A model generated the notes under the pieces. That model had not been told where the DNA came from and did not search any database. It worked only from the letters and a program-made list of their open reading frames with translations. Below, piece by piece: positions 56,758 through 64,000 of a stretch of 64,000 bases of DNA (position 1 is the stretch's first letter; each line of letters opens with the position of its first letter). The translations under genes were made by a program, and so were the position numbers. Source of the DNA: Cryomorphaceae bacterium (lineage in GTDB: Bacteria > Bacteroidota > Bacteroidia > Flavobacteriales_D > Cryomorphaceae); the NCBI GenBank assembly GCA_003565555.1, contig PXBH01000145.1, forward strand, positions 9,334 to 73,333. Reading direction: 5' to 3'.

Positions 56758-56843
56758 ATTTTTCAATAACGACTGCGGGGATCACCCCGACGACGACAGG
56801 AGGAGGGGTAATCCCCGGCGAAGTTCGAGTTTTACCCGCTTTA

Positions 56844-56901
56844 GCAGAAAGTCGGGGACACAAAAAACAGCCGCTGCGCTGCAGAGGCTTGACTTGTGGT
56901 A
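56844..56901 (-). terminator. Second, more diverged minus-strand copy (T2) of the module
   Basis: The minus strand reads taccacaagtcaa-gcctctgcagcgcagcggctg-ttttttgtgtccccgactttctgc. It lies about 170 nt downstream of the glycosyltransferase stop codon. Confidence 0.55.
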
Positions 56902-57073
56902 TTTCAAATGATCGTTACTCGGCGGATCGCTGCGTTGACATCATAAAGGATAGGTAAGGCGCGGATGGCGAAGGTGTTTATCTGCATCTCCCGCCGGAGC
57001 GGATGTATCTCCGCATGCGAAAGTCTTTGTGAAAGATGATGTCCCCGTGCGCCACCATCTTGTTTTTCAAAAA

Positions 57074-58177
57074 TCAGCCTTCCAAAGCGCCTTTCAGGGC
57101 TGCGGTGTAGGCTCCTCTTACCGCCCGAACGCTGTAGTTTGCTTCCGCATATTTTCGCGCGGCTGCACCCGTATCGGCGCGAAGGTGGCGGTCTCTGAGA
57201 AGCCGGGTGAGTGCCTTTTTCCAGCGCTCGGCAGATTGAAGCGGGAGCGGCTCGCAGAGAAAACCCGTTTCTCCGTCGCGCACGATTTTTCGGTTAACGC
57301 CTACATCTGAGACCACCGAGGGTATTCCGAGGGCCGAATATTGGACGGCTTTGAAACCGCATTTTCCGCGCTCCCAGTCCGAATCGAAAAGAGGCATCAC
57401 GCCGATATCGATTTCTGCCAAATCGTCGATTTCAGAGGCTTTACTCCATTTGCGGAAGTGCGCAAAGTCAGGCATGTTCGGTGGGGCTTCGTCACTGATC
57501 AGGAGAAAGCGGAAGGGGAGTTCTGCACGGAGTTTTTCGAGGAGATCAAACAAGGGAATGAGTTGCCTGATCGTGCTGTGCGAGCCGGTCCACCCGATGA
57601 TCGGTTCGCTTTTGTCTTCGTGTATTTTGATTCGGTTGTGGCGCTTCTCGGTATCCACGGTGGTAGGGATCACGCACACATCAGAACAGAAATTTCGGGC
57701 ATATTCCGCCAAGAAATCGTTGCCCGCCGTTACCGTGCGGCTCATACCGATGATCCGTGCCGTCTTTCCGTGGGCTTTAAACCGTCCCGCAATTTTTTCA
57801 TTGGCCGCTGAATTGTTCGGCAGCCATACCGCATCATCAAAATCATAAATGATTGGTTTGCCCCAAATTTTGGCCACCGCGTATTCCCACCAGGGCGGCC
57901 CCACGGGCGTGGCCTCGCGGTGGATCAGGACGGCATCGAAACGACCTGTACGGAAAAGCAGAAAAAACCGCCGCAAAAAACCGCTGAGCGTGGCTCCGAT
58001 TTTAAAGAAAAGTCCGCCCCTGCTGTAGATGGCAGGCCAATGGCGCTCTGCCCAAAAGGCGACAAACTCGGTGCGGATGCCTGCAGCTTCAAAAGCATCG
58101 AGGAATTGCTCAAAACGAAACCGCTGCGAGGGCGCTTTACCGAATGGGTAGGGGGCTACGATCAGAACGCGCTTCAT
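57074..58177 (-). CDS. Glycosyltransferase family 4 (GT-B fold)
   Basis: 367 aa. The C-terminal half has the GT4-type region containing GFKAVQYSALGIPSVVSDVGVN and GETGFLC. Confidence 0.8.
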   Translation of the reverse strand: MKRVLIVAPYPFGKAPSQRFRFEQFLDAFEAAGIRTEFVAFWAERHWPAIYSRGGLFFKIGATLSGFLRRFFLLFRTGRFDAVLIHREATPVGPPWWEYAVAKIWGKPIIYDFDDAVWLPNNSAANEKIAGRFKAHGKTARIIGMSRTVTAGNDFLAEYARNFCSDVCVIPTTVDTEKRHNRIKIHEDKSEPIIGWTGSHSTIRQLIPLFDLLEKLRAELPFRFLLISDEAPPNMPDFAHFRKWSKASEIDDLAEIDIGVMPLFDSDWERGKCGFKAVQYSALGIPSVVSDVGVNRKIVRDGETGFLCEPLPLQSAERWKKALTRLLRDRHLRADTGAAARKYAEANYSVRAVRGAYTAALKGALEG

Positions 58178-58239
58178 GGGGTAAAGATGCGAATATGCTT
58201 CGGATCAAATGCAGAATCGCGGCTCGGCACCTTACCGGT

Positions 58240-59946
<1,707 letters not shown>

Positions 59947-60203
59947 TTAAATCGGCTGAACGGGATTGACGGACGGAAATGACTGAGATGGGTGTGATTT
60001 GAGTTGGTGGTGGCTTCAAAGAGCGGCTGAGCTTAATCGGTTTAAAAATCGAGGTATTATGAGCCGATTAGGGTGCTTAATCGGCTCAAGGACCCGGCGA
60101 CATATTCCTTCCGCTGCCGGATCTGACAGGTTTTCAAAACCTGTAAGGTCTACGTAAATTAATCTTTTTGATAGAAATAGGGCTGATATGCATCCGAATC
60201 TTC

Positions 60204-60944
60204 TCACACCACACCCCCCGCACTCAACAATAAAAAGATTCCCGCGGCCACCAGCGCTCCGGTGATGGGGCCCAGGATGGGCACCCAACTGTAGGCCCAG
60301 TCGCTGCTGCCCTTATCGGGGATGGGAAGCAGCCGGTGCATGATGCGCGGGCCCAGGTCGCGGGCCGGATTGATGGCGTAGCCCGTGGTACCGCCCATGG
60401 ACAGACCGATCACCCAAACCAGAAGCGCCACGGGCAGCGCTCCCAGAGCGCCCAGCCCGATTGGGGTGCCGTCTTCCAAAGCGGGCTCGGCGGCGTAAAG
60501 GATCACAATGATGAGCACCGAGGTACCCACGGCTTCCGCGAAAAAGTTGATCGGAAGGTTTCGCAGGGCGGGCGCGGTGGCGAAGGGAGCAAATTTGATT
60601 GCCGGATCACTTGCTTCCCTGAAGTGGTCCTTGTACATGAGCCAGGCGATGCCCGAGCCGAACATAGCCCCCAGAAGCTGGGCGGTCACATATTTCGGAA
60701 TCAGGCCCCATTCAAAAAGGCCCGCAGCGGCCAAGCCGATGCTCACGGCGGGATTGAGGTGCGCCCCGCTGTGCGGGCCGGCCACCACCACACCGATGAA
60801 CACTCCGAGTGCCCAGCCCGTGGTGATCACCATCCAGCCGCTTCCGTGTCCTTTTGTTTTGGGAAGTACGGCATTGGCTACCACGCCGGTACCCATAGCC
60901 AGCAGGAGCGAAGTCCCGACGAATTCTGCTGCAAATGCATTCAT
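60204..60944 (-). CDS. glpF: MIP-family glycerol uptake facilitator / aquaglyceroporin
   Basis: 246 aa with two NPA boxes, HLNPAVS and INPARD. Confidence 0.93.
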   Translation of the reverse strand: MNAFAAEFVGTSLLLAMGTGVVANAVLPKTKGHGSGWMVITTGWALGVFIGVVVAGPHSGAHLNPAVSIGLAAAGLFEWGLIPKYVTAQLLGAMFGSGIAWLMYKDHFREASDPAIKFAPFATAPALRNLPINFFAEAVGTSVLIIVILYAAEPALEDGTPIGLGALGALPVALLVWVIGLSMGGTTGYAINPARDLGPRIMHRLLPIPDKGSSDWAYSWVPILGPITGALVAAGIFLLLSAGGVV

Positions 60945-62444
60945 TTATTCCGTCCAGTTTTTTGCACGTTCGAGTGCTTTTTGCCAAAAGTGAAGGTAAT
61001 GCTCCGCCTTCTCCTGCTGCATTTCGGGTTTGAATACCCGGTCTGTGTGCCGCAGTTCGGCCAGGGCAGCCGTATCTTTCCAAAAACCCACGGCCAGCCC
61101 CGCCAGAAATGCCGCGCCGAGGGCGGTTGATTCAATGTTTTTCGGTCGGTTTACAGCCCTGCGCATAACGTCGGCCTGAAACTGCATCAAAAAATTATTG
61201 GCGGTGGCGCCGCCGTCGGCACGCATCTCTTTGACCGCACTTCCGCTGTCGCGCTCCATGGCTGTCATGAGGTCGGTGACCTGATAGGCAATGGCTTCAA
61301 GGGCAGCGCGGGTCATGTGAGCGATGGTCGTGCCTCGGGTAATCCCGAAAAACGCACCCCGTGCCGAGGCGTCCCAATGGGGCGCCCCCAGTCCTGCCAT
61401 GGCCGGCACGAAGTACACCCCGTCGTTGTCATCAAGGCTCTCGGCAAGGGCTTCGCTCTCACCGGCCTGCCCGAAGAGTTCAATCTTGTCGCGGAGCCAC
61501 TGAATGGCTGCTCCGCCTATGAATACGCTGCCCTCGAGGGCGTAGACGGTTTCGCCGTTGAGCTCCCAGGCGATGGTGGTCAGAAGTTTGTTTTCGGAAA
61601 CTACCGGCTGCGCACCGGTATTCATCATCATAAAGCAGCCGGTGCCGTAGGTGGTTTTGGCCATTCCCGTTTCTGTGCAGAGCTGACCGAAAAGGGCCGC
61701 CTGCTGATCACCCGCGATGCCCGCTACGGGGATTTTTGCGTAGAGCGTATCGCCGGAGGTATAGCCGTAAACCTCGCTGCTCGACTTCACCTCGGGCAAG
61801 ATGGCCGCGGGAATGTCAAAAAGTGCGAGCAAATCACGGTCCCATTTTTTTTCACGGATGTTGAACAGCATGGTTCGGCTCGCATTGGATACATCCGTCA
61901 CGTGCACTTCCCCGCCCGTGAGTTTCCATACGAGCCACGTATCCACCGTCCCGAAGGCGAGTTCGCCCGCTTCGGCGCGCGCTCTTGCACCCGGCACCTC
62001 GTTGAGGATCCACTGAATTTTGGTGGCACTGAAATAAGCATCGGGAACAAGGCCGGTTTTTTCGCTGATCATACCCGACTTTCCCGCTGCCTTCAGCTGC
62101 TCCACGGCCGGAGCTGTGCGCCGGTCTTGCCATACGATGGCATTGTAAACGGGGGCGCCTGTTTTTCGGTCCCAGATCAGGGATGTTTCGCGCTGATTCG
62201 TAATGCCGATGGCGGCTATCTCTTTACCTTTGATGTTTTTCGCGGCAAGGGCTTCGGCTACCACGGCAGATTGTGAAGACCAGATCTCGGCGGGGTCGTG
62301 CTCCACCTGCCCCGGCGCGGGGAAGTATTGAGTGAAGTCGCGTTGAGCAGAGCTGATAATGCGCCCCGCATCATCGGTAATCACGGCCCTGCTGCTCGTG
62401 GTACCCTGATCGAGAGCGAGGATGTATTTTCGGTTCGGTTTCAT
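60945..62444 (-). CDS. glpK: Glycerol kinase
   Basis: 499 aa containing YILALDQGTTSSRAVI. Its stop codon abuts the glpF start. Confidence 0.97.
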   Translation of the reverse strand: MKPNRKYILALDQGTTSSRAVITDDAGRIISSAQRDFTQYFPAPGQVEHDPAEIWSSQSAVVAEALAAKNIKGKEIAAIGITNQRETSLIWDRKTGAPVYNAIVWQDRRTAPAVEQLKAAGKSGMISEKTGLVPDAYFSATKIQWILNEVPGARARAEAGELAFGTVDTWLVWKLTGGEVHVTDVSNASRTMLFNIREKKWDRDLLALFDIPAAILPEVKSSSEVYGYTSGDTLYAKIPVAGIAGDQQAALFGQLCTETGMAKTTYGTGCFMMMNTGAQPVVSENKLLTTIAWELNGETVYALEGSVFIGGAAIQWLRDKIELFGQAGESEALAESLDDNDGVYFVPAMAGLGAPHWDASARGAFFGITRGTTIAHMTRAALEAIAYQVTDLMTAMERDSGSAVKEMRADGGATANNFLMQFQADVMRRAVNRPKNIESTALGAAFLAGLAVGFWKDTAALAELRHTDRVFKPEMQQEKAEHYLHFWQKALERAKNWTE

Positions 62445-63979
62445 CAGGTGAGGATGTGAATGTCGGCGATTTTATTGAATGCTGCTATTTCCGCCTCGAT
62501 CCACGCGGGGTCTTTTCCGAGTTCCTCAGCCATGATTCTTGCGGTTTCGGGCGCCGCGGCTCTTGCGGCACGGGCGTCCAGAATCAGCAGGCGCATTCGG
62601 CGTGACAAGACGTCTTCCACGGTCACGGCCATTTCTTTGCGCACGGCCCGTATGATTTCCGCCTTCACAAAGGGATGACCGGGACTGAGCTTTTCGGCGT
62701 ATGTCTTCCGCTCTTTCATCAGTGATTTAATCTCCTCGGCATCAGTTCCGTATCGGGAAAACGGACCTTCACTCGGCGGGGCATATCCGTGCAGCTTGTC
62801 GAAAGGATTGACAATGGCGGGAAGTTTTTTCCCGGTCAGTTTGGCATAGGCCTCTACGGTGTCTTTACCCATTTTCCGAAAGGTGGTCCACTTGCCGCCT
62901 ACAATACTTACGAGGTTGCTTTCGGCGATGATGACGCGGTGGCTTCTGGAAATCTCTTTTGTTTGTGCGTCACCGCGTTTTGGCGCGGCGAGCGGCCGCA
63001 ATCCGGTAAACACCGACCGCACGTCACTGCGCAGGGGTTTTCGCCGGAGGTAGGCACCTGCTGTCTCGAGGATAAAATCCACCTCTTCTGTCAGGGCCCC
63101 GGGTTCATATTCCGGGATGTCGCGCAGGGTATCCGTAGTGCCCACGATGAGTTTTCCCTCCCACGGAACGGCGAAAAGTACACGGCCGTCAGAAGTTTCG
63201 GGAATCATGAGGGCATCGGTTCCGCCCAGAAAGTCGGCGTCGAGCACCAGATGAACACCCTGACTGGGACGTATGCTTTTGGCCATTCCGGGTACGTCCA
63301 TTTGCAGGATGCTGTCCGCAAATACGCCGGTGGCATTGACCGTCATTTTGGCCTTTACGGAAAATTCTTCTCCGCTCAGTCGGTCTCTTACCCGTACTCC
63401 TGCGACTTTCCCCTCTCGGGTTTTCATCAAACCGGTCACCTCTGCATAATTAAGCACGGCGGCGCCCGCGTCAGCACAGGTTCGCGCTACGGACAGCAGC
63501 AGGCGGATGTCATCAAACTGCCCGTCGTGGTAGATCACCCCGCCGATCAGATTTTTGTCCTCAATGCCGGGAAGTCTTTTCAGTGTGTCTTCGCGGGTCG
63601 TGTAGCGCGACCGCCCGATGCGTAAGCGGCCTGACATGAGGTCGTACACCTTCAGCCCTGCTGTGTACTTCAACCGCTCGAGCCGGGAGTATATCGGGAT
63701 CACAAAACGCTTTACAGATGTGAGGTGCGGTGCGGCTTTGAGAATGTTTCCGCGCTGCTCAAGAGCCTCGTAGACCAGCCGAATGTCACCCTGCGCCAGG
63801 TAGCGCACACCGCCGTGAAGCAATTTCGTCGAGCGGCTCGAAGTCCCCTTCCCGAAGTCATTTTTGTCAAATAAGGCCACACTCAAACCCCGTGACAGCG
63901 CCTCAAGCGCCACTCCGAATCCCGATGAACCTCCGCCTATCACGGCTATATCGAAAGGCTCGGTACGTTTTTGCAGCAA
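62444..63979 (-). CDS. glpD: FAD-dependent glycerol-3-phosphate dehydrogenase
   Basis: 511 aa with the dinucleotide fold DIAVIGGGSSG. The apparent start is a TTG at 63979. The frame stays open to the window edge, so the true start may lie beyond position 64000. Confidence 0.88.
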   Translation of the reverse strand: MLQKRTEPFDIAVIGGGSSGFGVALEALSRGLSVALFDKNDFGKGTSSRSTKLLHGGVRYLAQGDIRLVYEALEQRGNILKAAPHLTSVKRFVIPIYSRLERLKYTAGLKVYDLMSGRLRIGRSRYTTREDTLKRLPGIEDKNLIGGVIYHDGQFDDIRLLLSVARTCADAGAAVLNYAEVTGLMKTREGKVAGVRVRDRLSGEEFSVKAKMTVNATGVFADSILQMDVPGMAKSIRPSQGVHLVLDADFLGGTDALMIPETSDGRVLFAVPWEGKLIVGTTDTLRDIPEYEPGALTEEVDFILETAGAYLRRKPLRSDVRSVFTGLRPLAAPKRGDAQTKEISRSHRVIIAESNLVSIVGGKWTTFRKMGKDTVEAYAKLTGKKLPAIVNPFDKLHGYAPPSEGPFSRYGTDAEEIKSLMKERKTYAEKLSPGHPFVKAEIIRAVRKEMAVTVEDVLSRRMRLLILDARAARAAAPETARIMAEELGKDPAWIEAEIAAFNKIADIHILT

Positions 63980-64000
63980 ATGAATGGAATCTGACCTATT

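Noticed and set aside
56758-56843. Possible degenerate minus-strand tRNA between trailer copies T1 and T2 (ggggtgatcccc and ggggattacccc resemble T-arms)
   Set aside because: I could not fold a cloverleaf. There is no acceptor stem, D arm or anticodon arm, and the T-loop-like hairpins are too short. The decayed-tRNA idea is kept only as a hypothesis within the trailer-module finding.
56493-57073. tRNA-adjacent repeats as attachment sites of an integrated mobile element
   Set aside because: There is no integrase, transposase or foreign-looking gene block on either side. The flanking genes (proS, a glycosyltransferase, pyrG) are ordinary, and the repeats do not include the tRNA 3' end itself.

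Overview
The window looks like a chromosomal segment of a Bacteroidota genome, probably Flavobacteriia-like. This assignment is an inference from several signals: T9SS type-B cargo, PorP/SprF and GWxTD genes, TAnnTTTG -7 promoter boxes, no Shine-Dalgarno sequences, no tuf between fusA and rpsJ, and the rplQ-carA gene order.

Layout:
- 1-1917 (-): the 5' part of a UvrD/PcrA-type helicase gene.
- 2285-19424 (+): one uninterrupted str-S10-spc-alpha ribosomal superoperon of 32 genes, rpsL through rplQ. It includes fusA, secY, infA, rpoA and an rpmJ gene that the ORF track missed. An intrinsic terminator follows it, then carA.
- 22434-34010 (-): a tightly packed T9SS cargo operon. It encodes a small secreted protein, a 2755-aa surface protein with about 27 SprB-type repeats, a cognate PorP/SprF, and an OmpA/TPR/beta-propeller protein.
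- The remainder is mostly housekeeping: rlmB, a GWxTD protein, rmuC, an L,D-transpeptidase, a BamA-like protein, ytxJ, an OsmC-family protein, lipA, gap, lpxH, a TlpA-like oxidoreductase, gatB, a purine nucleoside phosphorylase, lpxK, a Nif3-like protein, proS, tRNA-Glu, a family-4 glycosyltransferase, pyrG and glpF-glpK-glpD.

I found no CRISPR array, transposase, integrase, prophage or recognisable defence system.

The least ordinary items are:
- a lipoprotein with a Gly/Met/Trp-rich core and a Ser/Arg heptad-repeat tail, co-oriented with a FadL/PorV-like barrel gene (51228-54197);
- the T9SS operon, which contains a block of repeats carrying an extra cysteine pair;
- a COG1579-type coiled-coil protein whose four zinc-ribbon cysteines all appear to be replaced;
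- a thrice-repeated trailer/terminator module next to tRNA-Glu, in which the flanks are conserved but the hairpin sequence is swapped.

All functional calls rest on motifs read by eye. No database search was run.
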